Positions 47,272 through 59,085 of a stretch of 64,000 bases of DNA are shown piece after piece. The stretch is from a virus (Duplodnaviria > Caudoviricetes): the IMG/VR virus record IMGVR_UViG_3300028591_000189, positions 7,880 through 71,879 of that record; one strand, 5' to 3'. The notes under the pieces are model-generated. The model was not told the DNA's origin. It ran no database searches and saw only the letters and a list, made by a program, of their open reading frames with translations. A program made the position numbers and the translations under genes. How positions within the stretch are numbered: the first letter of the stretch is position 1; each line of letters begins with the position of its first letter.

Positions 47272-50200
47272 TTGGAAAGTTTGATTCTTCCGGCAATCGT
47301 GATGTGTTTGGGAAGTGCGGTACTTGGCTTTATCTTAGGCCACAACAAAGGCTTTTCGGACGGATTTGATTATGCTGTACAGAACAGCAAGGAAGTCGGC
47401 AACGAAATCGCAAAGAACATGGTGAAAGAGGGGTCGTTGCGGATTTACAAGATAGAGAAGGACGGGACATTCAATCCAGTTGAAGAAAAGCCGGATTCAG
47501 TTGAGGAAAAGGTTTAACGGTTTAATAAGCGGCGGGGCTGGCAACGGCCCTGCTGATATGGAGAAAGAAATGGAACTGATTAGCAAATATGATGCACTTG
47601 CAAGTATCAGCAAGATGTTCACTCCGCTTCCGTCACAACAGGATTTGAAAGAGGACTGCTTAGAGATTCTCGACAATCTTCCTATAATTGAGAAGTCAGG
47701 GGAAATCACATATGAGCAGTTTCGTGAATACTGTGAGAAGCGGTGCTTGGTAGTTGTTACGTCAGAGTTTTACGAGTATGTGCGGAACTTCGGAAAATCA
47801 AAGTCAAAGCATGATGAATTTGAAAAGGCGTTGGTCGATATGTTTGCTCCGATCATGGAGTGCGAAATCAATCATCCTAAGTACGAAGAAACGGTTGCAG
47901 ACATTATCAAAGACGTAATGAGAGCCTATGATGAACTGCATCCGGCAGAGAGGAAGGACAATGGCTATGGAATACGAAATCATCCATAAAGAAATCAAGG
48001 ATGCAGACGGTATCACCTGTTACATCAAGACAGGTGAAATCGTGCGGTGTAAATACTGCATACACAGACCGTGGGACAATGGTGGATATTGGCCTAGTGT
48101 TGAATCTCCTGATAGGGTATGCCCGTTTCTTTGCAACGATGATGATTACAATGATAGATTGCCACCGAGTGATGATTTTTACTGCAAATACGGGGAAAGG
48201 AAAGACAATGGCTAGGTTCGTAGAGTATGAAGATGTGCTTGCGTTGTGGGACAAATACCATTACATGATTGGCACAAGAGCGACAGAGTTTGACAGAGAG
48301 TTGAGGAACTTACAGACGATAGATGTTAGATGTTGCGCCGATTGCAGGCACTTCCAAAAAGATGATTCTCGTATTGGACACGGAGCGTGCGACTGGTACA
48401 GAACTGAAAAACTTTCGATTGATTGTTGTAGCGAGTGGGGAGTAAAGGACAATGGCTGAGTATCATGTAGGATGCGGACTGGCTGGTATCTATGCCGGGA
48501 CGTTCCACAAAAACGGAGATTGGCGTGATAAGTCAGATGTGACAGATGAAGCAATCAATTCGGTCATTCAACACATGTATTTCCAGTTGGACGAAGGTGA
48601 AACGTCAATGGCCTATGCGGTCAAGATGAATGACGGCAAGTATGTCCGGCTGAAAATCGAAGTATCAGATCATTGTCCTGAGTGGGCAAAGGAACAGTTA
48701 GGAGAGAACAATGAAAGTTAAATTTTACCCGAATGATATTGAGAGTGACGTTATCGAAGTGCCGGATGATATTACGGAAGATGAACTCAACGACATGGCT
48801 TGCGATTGGGTTGCAGATAATGTTTGTGGATTTTGGAAGGAAGTGAAACCGTGGGAAACGGAGTAGATGATTGCATTAGCAGGCAGGCGGCAATCTACAT
48901 AGCAAGTGGTTACTGCCATCCTGCAAACGTGGCAAAGGAACTGGCAGAGTTGCCATCGGTACAGCCGAAGCGTGGAAAATGGATATGGAACGGAGACACA
49001 CTTGACTGGGAACGCTTGCATTATTGCTCAGAATGTAAGAAATATGCGCTTAGAGATACAGATGGCAAGTACGAAGTGCTAAGTGACTTTTGCCCTAATT
49101 GCGGTACAGATATGAGAGGTAGCAAAGATGGCACTGATTGACAGAGAAAGCCTTAAAGCCAACATTATCAAAATGCTTGGCATCAGCGGAGAGGAATACT
49201 TGCTTCCGGCCGAGAGGGCCATATGGAATGTGATAAATGAAGAGCCGCCAGTACAGACTGAACCGCTTACAGACTATGAACAGCGAATTTTCCTTGCGGC
49301 AATGGGAAAAGAGAGAACGGTATGTAAAAAGTTAACGGACGAGTGGGACGGTATGAAGTTAGATGTGCCGTGTCCAGTAAATCTTCTGCGGTTATGTGCC
49401 GAGGTTGAAAGAAAGGTAAAGGCGGCGTTATGGACGAACTGATCCGAAAGAAAGATGCGTTAGATGCGCTGATGGCAGAGAGAAAGCATCTGCTAGACAA
49501 AGGACAGAAGGGAGCAGAACACGTACTCACACATCATGGATACAACGTGATTGATGAACTTCCGCCAGTACAGTCAGATGTTCCCGACACAAATGTCGGG
49601 GACATGATAAGCAGGCAGGCGGCAACAACGATTCCAGTAATGCCGAAAGAGCATAGACATTATCAGACAAACAATCTTGATGATGCTTATGAACAAGGTT
49701 GGGCAGACTTACAGGAGTGCATAGAAAATCTGCCGCCGATTCAGCCGAAGTGCGGACATTGGATGAAAGAACCTACCGAAGAGCCGGAGTATTGCAAATG
49801 CTCTGAATGTGGATATGTAAATCTGATTGTTGAAGTTTTTTCATTTGATGGATACCACTATTGTCCAAACTGCGGCGCAAAGATGGAGAGGAACGAAGAT
49901 GGCACTGATTGACCAACAGGAAGCCGCAAAGTTGATACGGCAGAACAAAGACACACATGAGGACTGTCAGGGCGCTATCCATTACAACATAGGATGCGAA
50001 CACTCTGCGCAGATCGTGGAGCAGATGAAGACAGAGAAATGCAAGTGGATTAGATATGATTATCGAACTATATGCCCTAAATATCATGACATAGATAATC
50101 CATATTGGAGAATCCCTGAAAAAACAGAATGTTTAAAATATTGCCCCTATTGCGGTAAAAAAATCGAGGTAGAGAAATGAGGACTATAACATACACTTAT

Positions 50201-52646
50201 GACGAAACAAAACCAACGAACAGAGATTATATGATTGCTGTTCTCGCAGATGCTATTGATGATGATGGAGCATCATATGAAGCGGTGGCTGAATACAACA
50301 TAGACTGTCCTTATGCAGGATATGAAGATTGTTACAATGACCATTTCAACAATGAGTATGGAACGCCCGCATACAAAAAAGGGTGTGTTCAGTGCAAACT
50401 TGCATGGCTTGCAAGGGCGTATGACACATATCCGTCAGATGATGGCAAGTGGGAACTGGATGAAGAAGGGGAAGCAGAATGAAGTACATAGCAATATTCG
50501 ATTTGCCGGAAGGATACAAAATGGGATGTGCTTGCGGCAAGATGATAAATCCAGAGGGCAAAGAGGTATATCAGCCGGAAGATTTTGAAGATGTTTATGC
50601 ACAGATCGAGCCGCTTTCCGAAAAGAAAGCAGAGGTGTTTGAAAAATTTAACACTGTAACAAGAATCCTGCAAGACTTAGGCGTTGGCTGTGCTTACGAT
50701 ATGCCGAGTTTTTGGTGCAATGACAGGAAGGATTATAAGGTAATTCCAACAAAGTATCATCAAGGGTATATGAAAGCACTGGAAGATGTTGAGAAAGAAG
50801 TCAGAGAACGGTTCGGCTTTTCTGACAGAGAAAACGTGATTGATACGCCAATGTGGACGGAAGGCGAAACAGAATGGAAATAGCACTGGTAGGCAAAGGC
50901 AAGCAGACAGACACACAGAATAAGTGCTTAGAGTGCGTGGTGTTCTACAATTCGGCAAAGCAGAACGTACCATGCAACGGTGCTTTCCCGGAACACTGTG
51001 AGTACAACGACACAGAGGAAGAAGAGGAAGGAAATGGACAGTGAAGCAAAGGCGTTTTACGACAGCGTCCCACCCGGCAGATGTAAGGGTTGCCCGTATG
51101 CAGATGTGGTAAGAGCGCAAGGGAATTTTATGTTCCTTGGATGCAGACACAAGCCGTACAGAGGAAAGTGGGTGGCAGAAATCAAGAGTTGTCCGAAGAA
51201 AGGAGAGGAAGAGAATGGACAAGGAAACGGCATTACAGGCATGGAAGCAGATGCGAAGTGAAATTGATCCTGACAACTGGCTATTTGTTGGAACGATAAA
51301 CCCGGAAATGGTTGACCGGGCAATCGAAGCGCTTGAAGCGGTGATAAAGGAAGAGGAACAGCATGGACAAGGAAGAAATCATTGAAAGGTTGAAAAATAT
51401 TGCAAGCCACGCAGTACACACTACTGGTGAAGAACCGTTCATTATGGGTCTTGATGATGGCATAGCGGTGCATGAAGCAATCGAATTATTAACGAACTGT
51501 CCGGAAATTCCGGATAGTTGGATACCGTGTAGTAGGAAAATGCCGGAAGAGCATGAATGGATTGGAACAAAGAAATTTGGGACAACAATTTCAGACGAGG
51601 TTTATGTTACCTTTGAAAGTCCCAAAGGCGAGAGATTCACAAAGCATCTTAGCTTTCAAAATGGCAAGGTGCCCAACTTTGAGCAAAGAACAATAGATGC
51701 CTTTTACAAAGGTTCTGTACCGATTGCATGGAAGCCGAAGCCGAAGCCGTGGGAAGGAGAAGCAGATGGGCAGACTGATTGATACAGATACGGCATACGA
51801 AGCGCTGACGGAATACTACAACCATCATACGGATGTTCAGCACCAGGCATTAGAGGAAGCGTTAAACATGGTTGAAACGGCAGATGCTATTCCTGTACCG
51901 TGGATTAAGGCACAGATGAAAGAGTTAGAATCGGCTGGCTATATGGCGGAAATCGGTGCTTTGGGGATTAAGGCAATACTTATTCAATGGGAGAAGAAAC
52001 AGAAAGGTTGACTGATATGCCCGGAATCACAATACAGGAGTGTTTCAGAAATAATCTCTGCATTGACTGTGATAACACAAAATGCGGTCATTGCGGAAAG
52101 CTGATTGCAGACTGCCCTAAATACAGTTGCGACAGGCCAAAGGAAAATTTTGAGGATTGCAAAACCTGTGCTTTCCTCAAAGACTTTCAGCAGAGAATGA
52201 GAGAGGGTTTCAAGAAAATGGAGAGGAATAATGGGCTTTAAGTACGAAGAAGACCGTTTATTTATTGTCTGCCCACGGGACAATGTTGAGATCATGTTCA
52301 ATGGGACGATATGCGGAACAGATGCGGAAGTCAGGGTACAGCTAAAGGCTAGAGAGTTATATCATGCGTGGTGCTTTAACGGAACGTTTCATGTCTATAA
52401 CAACTATGTGCGACTGGTGCTGACAGCGGAGCAGCTTGACCTGTATTTCAAGAAACCATTTGTAGGGATACCGAAGGATTAGAAAGGAGAGAACACATGA
52501 GATTATGCGACTTAGATGCGTTGTATGAAAAGATGGAAGAAGAAAAGACAGAACTTGAAGTGAGCGAGGAATTTGTCAAAGGCTTTACTTACGCTATGGG
52601 AATGGTCAAAAAGATGCCGGACATTAGCGGCAAGGGGTTAGTGCCG
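47272..52646 (+). other. Cluster of ~20 short, overlapping hypothetical ORFs built from shared modules
   Basis: Recurring LI.R..A N-termini, QPK.G.W..C..C..FCP.CGA.M Zn ribbons, CKYC/CADC motifs; ATGA/ATGGCTAG-type overlaps. Confidence 0.75.
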
Positions 52647-52958
52647 AAGGTTGACTGTCAGATGTGAGGGAGATATATGGACGAAGAAATTAGGATATTT
52701 GCAAACGGCAAACGTGATGATGGGGCAATCGGTTATAAACTCAATGAGTTATACCGGGAAATTGAATTGTTCCACAACGGAACGAAAATCGGAGAAGCAG
52801 AGAATTAGAGGTTCGTTGTATGCGTGGTGATTATCGTTGTTGGTGGTCGGATAAGTGATAGCGGTCTGTTTAACCACCCTGTAAGGCTCTACAAGCGGTT
52901 TTACCGTCTACTATGGTAGAATGTTCGAGGGAATAAGAAAGCGCCTTAAAACGGAAAA

Positions 52959-53282
52959 ATGAGGGCAAATATGGAAAGACTGACAATAGACGTGGGTGCA
53001 ATCGTACAGCACTTTAAAAGAAATGAATGGCTTAATAACGCTTCGGAAGCAGATAAGGCAGAAAATCCTTACATGTATCTGTACAGGATTGAGAATGTCG
53101 CTTATTGGGCAGACAACGTCAGGGGCAACGGGCTTATGATCGTTTACCGGGCATTATACGGGAACGGAGAAGTATCTGTAAGAACGCTGGAAGAGTTTCT
53201 TTGCAAGGTTGATGTGAAGGACTGCGGACAGGGATACAGGTTCGTAAGATATGAAGACAAGGTTGAATTGTCTGAGTTTTAA
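52959..53282 (+). CDS. DUF1653-like protein
   Basis: VQHFKR...MIVYRALYG...VR...EF...RF. Confidence 0.7.
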   Translation: MRANMERLTIDVGAIVQHFKRNEWLNNASEADKAENPYMYLYRIENVAYWADNVRGNGLMIVYRALYGNGEVSVRTLEEFLCKVDVKDCGQGYRFVRYEDKVELSEF

Positions 53283-53300
53283 AACTGAATAACGGAAATA

Positions 53301-53342
53301 AAAAAGCCCCCGGATACTCTAGCAGTGAGTACCGGGGGTTTC
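53301..53342. terminator. Bidirectional terminator between convergent transcription units
   Basis: aaaaagcccccgg...accgggggtttt. Confidence 0.8.
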
Positions 53343-53371
53343 TCGATTAAAGGAGAGAAAAAACACACATA

Positions 53372-53869
53372 TCATTCTACCATAGTAGAATCCCGAAGGT
53401 CAATAAGGCGCTCTCCGAAAGCGTGAACGTCAATGTTTGTTCTGAGTGATTTGTTAAATGCAACAAGGTTGTCAATGAAAGAAGGTTCGCTGACCATGTC
53501 GAAAAGGTACTGCATCAATTCCAGACGGGCCAGCGCACGATCTGATTCAGATACCTTTGTGATGCCGTGGTACTTCTTGTATCTGAAAACAGAGTAAGCG
53601 GAAAGCCTGTCTATTTCCTTCTCTGTCAGAACTCCGGCGAACTGGCTGCGGAACTGCCTTTCGCTCATGCCGCCGCCGGGTAAAAGTTCATAATCCATCT
53701 GATACTTCTTGGAAAGCGTATGGGAAAACTCAATGTATCCCCATGCTTCTCTGCCAATTTCGGGGACGTACATACGCTGATTGAAGTTTACAATGTTGGT
53801 TACGTGCGCCCCAGGTGGAAACGTGCCTATGCCGATGGGCCGCATGATGGAATAGTATCTATTGCTCAT
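53372..53869 (-). CDS. Protein with DarA_C-like N-terminal domain
   Basis: YYS.MRP.GIGTFP...AWGYIEF...L...DYEL. Confidence 0.5.
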   Translation of the reverse strand: MSNRYYSIMRPIGIGTFPPGAHVTNIVNFNQRMYVPEIGREAWGYIEFSHTLSKKYQMDYELLPGGGMSERQFRSQFAGVLTEKEIDRLSAYSVFRYKKYHGITKVSESDRALARLELMQYLFDMVSEPSFIDNLVAFNKSLRTNIDVHAFGERLIDLRDSTMVE

Positions 53870-54105
53870 GATCGTTCTCCTTTCAAAACAAAATGCACTG
53901 ATTGACTTCGGCTTCCGTCAATACGACTTCTTTGCCACAGTCCCATGTGTGGTTGCCCTTGGGGATTAAAAGGAACGTGGTTGCCTTATCCTCTAAGACC
54001 TTATCCACGATGTAGCACGTACCGTCCTTGGCTTTAAGGCAGTCAAACCTCATGACCTGGACTTTCGCACCGTTCTCTTTCATAGCGTACATATCTTTTC
54101 TCCTT

Positions 54106-54675
54106 TCATACCAGTGCCACGGACTTATCAATAGCATCGTCCATGCGCTTATCACACGTTGCAAGATACCGCTGTGTGATTGCCACGGAACTATGCTGTA
54201 AGAACCGCCGTGTCAGTTCAATGTCGTAGCCGCTATTCTCATATACCCGGCTGGCAGAGAACTTGCGGAAGGAATGAGTGCTGATGTTTTCGTATCCGAG
54301 AACCTTACAGGCGGATGCGATAACACGCTGTAAACGCCTTTCGCTGATAGGGAAGATAACTTCGTCCCTTGCGATATTATGCTCTTCTGCATAATTATTC
54401 ACAAAGTTGTATACACAATCCGGCACTTTGAAGATTCTGACCTTATCGGTCTTGTCCTCTGTCAGATTCAGCCGCCACTTGCCACCGTCCTTAACAATGT
54501 CCGACAACTTCATCTGAATAATATCTCCGATTCTCATACCCGTGTTGGCCTGTACCATAAGGCAGGCGGCAACATCGGGATGCTTGTGGAGCGTCCGGCC
54601 CTGTCCATCACGGATAAGCTGGATCAATGCTGTGTACTGCTCAATGGTCAGTACCGATGTTCTTTTGTTTGCCAT
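54106..54675 (-). CDS. Third tyrosine recombinase (catalytic domain only)
   Basis: NTGMRIGD, EDKTDK, THSFRK, LQHSS..ITQRY. Confidence 0.88.
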   Translation of the reverse strand: MANKRTSVLTIEQYTALIQLIRDGQGRTLHKHPDVAACLMVQANTGMRIGDIIQMKLSDIVKDGGKWRLNLTEDKTDKVRIFKVPDCVYNFVNNYAEEHNIARDEVIFPISERRLQRVIASACKVLGYENISTHSFRKFSASRVYENSGYDIELTRRFLQHSSVAITQRYLATCDKRMDDAIDKSVALV

Positions 54676-54676
54676 A

Positions 54677-55138
54677 TCAATTCTCCTTTGCTTTCCATAC
54701 CTTCTCAACGTCAATGCGTGCGATCTTTTCTCCGTCCCTGCAAACATCAATCCACGATTCTGTCACATAAAAGGTCTGTTCCCAAATAGAGAACTGCCGG
54801 AGTGCTTCATCATAGCTGTGTGCAGCACTGGATGTGAACAGGTTGGGGAATGTTTTACTGTTACGTTTGCCGCAGGGCCAGTACATATACTGCCCTTTCA
54901 GATTCACTCCCTCATACTTCTTGTCTGCCTTGGTATAATCGCAGAGCGCTTTCCATTCGTCGGCGGTGATAACTCCCGCATGGTGGAGAGCCGTGATATA
55001 CACCGTAACGATCTGCCGCTGGCTACTGTTTCCGGCAACTTTGTGTTCCGTGAAATAGTCGTGATAGTTGTCAATGTTCATGCGCATAACTGCATCAAGT
55101 TTGGCATATGCTGTCAGCAGGATTTTATTGTCGTCCAT
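54677..55138 (-). CDS. Hypothetical protein
   Basis: SD aaggag upstream of MDDNK. Confidence 0.6.
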   Translation of the reverse strand: MDDNKILLTAYAKLDAVMRMNIDNYHDYFTEHKVAGNSSQRQIVTVYITALHHAGVITADEWKALCDYTKADKKYEGVNLKGQYMYWPCGKRNSKTFPNLFTSSAAHSYDEALRQFSIWEQTFYVTESWIDVCRDGEKIARIDVEKVWKAKEN

Positions 55139-55151
55139 CTTTATACTCCTT

Positions 55152-55565
55152 TCACATAATGGTTCTCGCTTTAAGAGCAGAGAATGTGATGTACTCCTGG
55201 TGTTCAATGTACGTTTCTTCTGCGTTAGCTGTGTAAACATCAATGCAGAATGTGTTAGGGTATGCCCTCATGATGTTCAGAACGTTCATAGCACTTTCAC
55301 TCTTGTAAACGGGGCGGCGCTGACATTCTGCGGCAACATCAACTCCACAAGGGAGAATAGCGTACATGGTTTTCTTTGCATCAGGGTTCCACCTGGGATT
55401 GTTAATGATTCTGTAATTGCCTTCCATTCCGCCCGGAATACACCTTTCAAGGGCCTTTCGGTTGTTGCTTTCGGCTTCGTTCGTCCAGTGATAAACAAGC
55501 GCCCTGGGTAAACCTTCCGGCCACATGGCGTATGATTCTGACTTCTGCAAAATGTATTTGTGCAT
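55152..55565 (-). CDS. Hypothetical protein
   Basis: SD aaggag upstream of MHKYIL; similar N-terminus to ORF 55567-55755. Confidence 0.55.
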   Translation of the reverse strand: MHKYILQKSESYAMWPEGLPRALVYHWTNEAESNNRKALERCIPGGMEGNYRIINNPRWNPDAKKTMYAILPCGVDVAAECQRRPVYKSESAMNVLNIMRAYPNTFCIDVYTANAEETYIEHQEYITFSALKARTIM

Positions 55566-55928
55566 GTTATTCTCCTTTGTACCTGTCAACGATCTGATAG
55601 TTGTGTTCCTTGCCTGCCGGGATTTCTTCTTCCAGGGCTTTTCTATCATTAGAGAGCATAATGCCCTTCCATCTGTAAGTGTGTACGGGAACGGGGCGCC
55701 CCGGCCCTGTAAAGTATGTGTACGGTTCTTTGTACTCTAAAATGTATCTGTACATTACTGTTCTCCTTTCCTGTCAATCCATTCCTTTAATTCATCCTGT
55801 GTCCAGAAGGCCGGGGATTCTTCGTTGCCTTTTTCACCGTACCATCCGCAGCGGCCCTTCCGAAGTATCCAACCTTTGTATTCTGTCTTAATCCACATGT
55901 CGCTTCTCCTTTGTTTTACGTCAATATA

Positions 55929-55957
55929 AGTCTATCACGGTATACTTATAATGTCAA
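55929..55957 (-). promoter_or_regulatory. Leftward sigma70-type promoter
   Basis: TTGACA-17-TAGACT on minus strand. Confidence 0.7.
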
Positions 55958-56006
55958 CTAGAGTAAACAAAAAGGACAAGGATTTTTAGTCCCTGTCCCT
56001 TTTGAA

Positions 56007-57152
56007 TCAATATGTCGTGCCGTCCACGCCTTTGTAAATCCATTCTCCGCTAAAGAGTTTCTTCTTGTTGTGGCTTACATAGTTGGCAATTCCGACACAA
56101 TTCTGAGTGCTGATGTATCCGCCCTGCAATCTGATAGGGAAGTCTGTGTTAGGGCCTACAAAGAGAAGGTCGCCTTTGCCAATCAGCTTTTCAGCACCTT
56201 TCCGGCCCAACATGACCACGGAGCCTGTGTAATTGGTAGTCTGTAAGCAGACCTTTGTAGGGATGTTCTGCTTAATAAGACCTGTAACCACGCTTGCAAC
56301 GGGATACTGCGTGGCTAAAATCATGTGTATCCCTGCGGCTCTTGACAACTGTGCAATCTTTACAATGTCAGCTTCGATTGCCTTCTTGTCCTTGCCGCTC
56401 ATAAGCTGCGAAAGTTCATCAACGATCAGCACGATACGGGGAAGAGTTTTCCGGGCAGTCTTGTTGTATTCGTCAATGTCCCTTGCTCCGGCCCTTGCGA
56501 AAATGGAATACCTTCTCTGCATTTCATCATTCAGCCAGTGAAGTTTCTCAATGGCTTCCTGTTCATCGTTGACCACTTCAACGCCCTTGCAGATTGCATA
56601 AGGGGCAAACTCAACACGTTTAGGGTCAACAAGAATCAGATTTAATTCATCGGGATTCTTCTGCATCAGCATTGCAACAATGCAAGTATTAAGGAATACC
56701 GACTTGCCGCTTCCAGTGCATCCGGCGACCAGCATGTGCTGAGCCTTATCAAGTGCTGTACCAACAACGTTACGGTTCATATCCAGTCCCACGGGGATGT
56801 TGATGTGTTCGTTCCGGGGGAGTTTACCGATCAGGTCGCCAGCAAGTACAGAATCGGAAGCGTTAGGAACGTCAATGTTAACGATTCCGGCTTCCATTGT
56901 CATTGTCGTGCGTTCGTCACCTACTGCAAACTGGAACTGCTTTTCCAGTCTTGCCAGCTTGTTAGCCGCCTGGAAGGAAGGCCGGAAGCTGATTCTCTGA
57001 ATAGTAGGATTGTAAAGAACGTTAAAGTCCGTATAGCTTATGCCGTTTGCGCTCAATACAGACTTGACTGCATTGACGTTGTTATTGTTTGCCGCCACAT
57101 GAAAATTGCTGTGACGGTCTAAATGCTCAATACGGGGGAATGTGTATGCCAT
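56007..57152 (-). CDS. FtsK/SpoIIIE-family DNA translocase motor (no TM region, no gamma domain evident)
   Basis: HMLVAGCTGSGKS, LVDPKRVEF, LIVDEL, RAAGIHMILATQYP, GAEKLIGKGDLL. Confidence 0.92.
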   Translation of the reverse strand: MAYTFPRIEHLDRHSNFHVAANNNNVNAVKSVLSANGISYTDFNVLYNPTIQRISFRPSFQAANKLARLEKQFQFAVGDERTTMTMEAGIVNIDVPNASDSVLAGDLIGKLPRNEHINIPVGLDMNRNVVGTALDKAQHMLVAGCTGSGKSVFLNTCIVAMLMQKNPDELNLILVDPKRVEFAPYAICKGVEVVNDEQEAIEKLHWLNDEMQRRYSIFARAGARDIDEYNKTARKTLPRIVLIVDELSQLMSGKDKKAIEADIVKIAQLSRAAGIHMILATQYPVASVVTGLIKQNIPTKVCLQTTNYTGSVVMLGRKGAEKLIGKGDLLFVGPNTDFPIRLQGGYISTQNCVGIANYVSHNKKKLFSGEWIYKGVDGTTY

Positions 57153-57929
57153 TGTTTCTCTCCTTTCCACTGTCCCATGCTTTAGATGTTGGGGATGCAG
57201 CTTTACAGGGCCGAAGCCCTGCTATCAGCGTTCAGTATTTTTCCCTGTATACTATCTTCCCGTCGTATTTATTGGTCAATGATTCTCTGGCAATAACAAA
57301 ATCGTTACGCTCATATCCGCCATAATAGCGGTAGTTCTTGGTAACAACGAACCGTTCTCTTTTTACACGCTCAATAAATGCTTTTGTCATGGTCTTATTC
57401 TCCTTTCAGTTATATTTTGCAATCTCAAAGTCATACACCTTGCCACAATGCCTGAAACTGCGGCGGCCCTTGCTGTCAAAGTGAACCGGGCTTGTGTACT
57501 CATGACCGTCAAAAAGGACTGTTATATCTTCCGTGCCGCTTGCGTATATGGTAAGGTGCAGGAAGATTATGTCGTGTTCCGTGTCGTTGTTGTTAAGATT
57601 GTAAAATGTGACTTTCATCTTTTATCCTCCTTTACTCAATGGTTAATGGTTTAAGTCAGGCCAGGGGCCGGGACCGCTGACCTCAATTCAATCATTAACT
57701 TTTTTAGGGCCGCGCTTTTTGGGGCGTGGTATGTAGTGCGCGGCGGCTTCCCTTGCTATGTACAATGACACGGGATAGTTTATTCTGATCCACCAGGAAA
57801 GATACTCAAAAGCGGAAATGCCTTCGGCTTTCGCCAGTCTCCGGATTTTGGTTTTATTTACACCGCCGCGTTCGTCAATGGCAGCTATTACATGACGGGT
57901 TTTAATTCGCATCACCTCCTTTAATAATA

Positions 57930-57958
57930 AGTCTACCACAGTAAACATTTACAGTCAA
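57930..57958 (-). promoter_or_regulatory. Leftward promoter overlapped by a near-consensus operator
   Basis: TTGACT-17-TAGACT; TCTACcacaGTAAA at 57932-57945. Confidence 0.65.
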
Positions 57959-59085
57959 TCAAAATAGATATATGCTATTCCCGGTCCGGCGTCACTTCAT
58001 TCCTAATGAATCCATATGCTCAATAGCTTTTTTGGCTGCTCTTGCATTTAAAAGAATGTTTTCACAGTCCTCAATCAAATGCTCAAGATCGTCCGCACTA
58101 CTGAACCGTCTGAAACATTCCATTGAATCATTAGCGCGCTTCATATACTTTTCAAGCACCTCGCGCCATCCCATAATTGTTATTTCTCGGCGTGTTCCTG
58201 TTAAAATTTGCATTGTTTTCTCCTTCCTCAATCAATATAAATATGCTCTTTCCTTTTTGCCATTAGGGAACCGCAGGTTGATATAGTCGCCACAAGGGGT
58301 ATTTCCCATGTGGTCGTCCAAGGCTCTTTCCGGCCTGTAATAGATTTTAAATGCGTGCTCTTTATACCCGAATGAGATATACGCTTTTTCGCTGTCTCTG
58401 CCATTAAAATATACACGGAAATTGTTGATAACTCTGCCATCCTCCGCTTTACTCAATCTGTCAATCATTGTTTTCTCCTTTCATATAAGTGCTTGTGTTA
58501 ACAACTAATGACTTAGTTACGGGCGGGAACTTGCGCTCCTGCCCTAAACTAGATCATTACTTATTTTATTTACTGTGCCTTGTAAAGAACACCGGCGTCG
58601 CACGCGGCTTTTAACTCGTCGAGAACTTTAACCAGGAACCTGCAAGCGGCCCGGCGTCCGTATACCGTTTTGGTGCTATCAGAGCAGGAACCGAAACGAT
58701 CACAAGTGTATACAGCTATTGTCTCAGTGCTCAGCGCGTCGAGGTCAATCTCAATGTGATATAACCGGGCTTGCGGCGTGTAGACTTCCATATAACCAGC
58801 GGCAATATCAAAAGTCATTTTAACGTCCTTTTTGAAGGCGTAGCCGATATACTTTTTTACAGCGGCTTTTAAAGTGCTTGCATCATCGTGGTTAAAGCAC
58901 GCGGAAATATACTCTGAAACGGAGCCGCGGCGCACAATTCCGGGGGCGCTATAATTGGCGTCAATAGTGATATAATTGTAAGCGTTACTCATGGGAAAAA
59001 CCTCCTTGTGAATTGTTTTTATAACTAATGACATAGGCACGGCCAGGAACCGGAGCTCCTGGCCTAAACTAAATCATTACTCACT

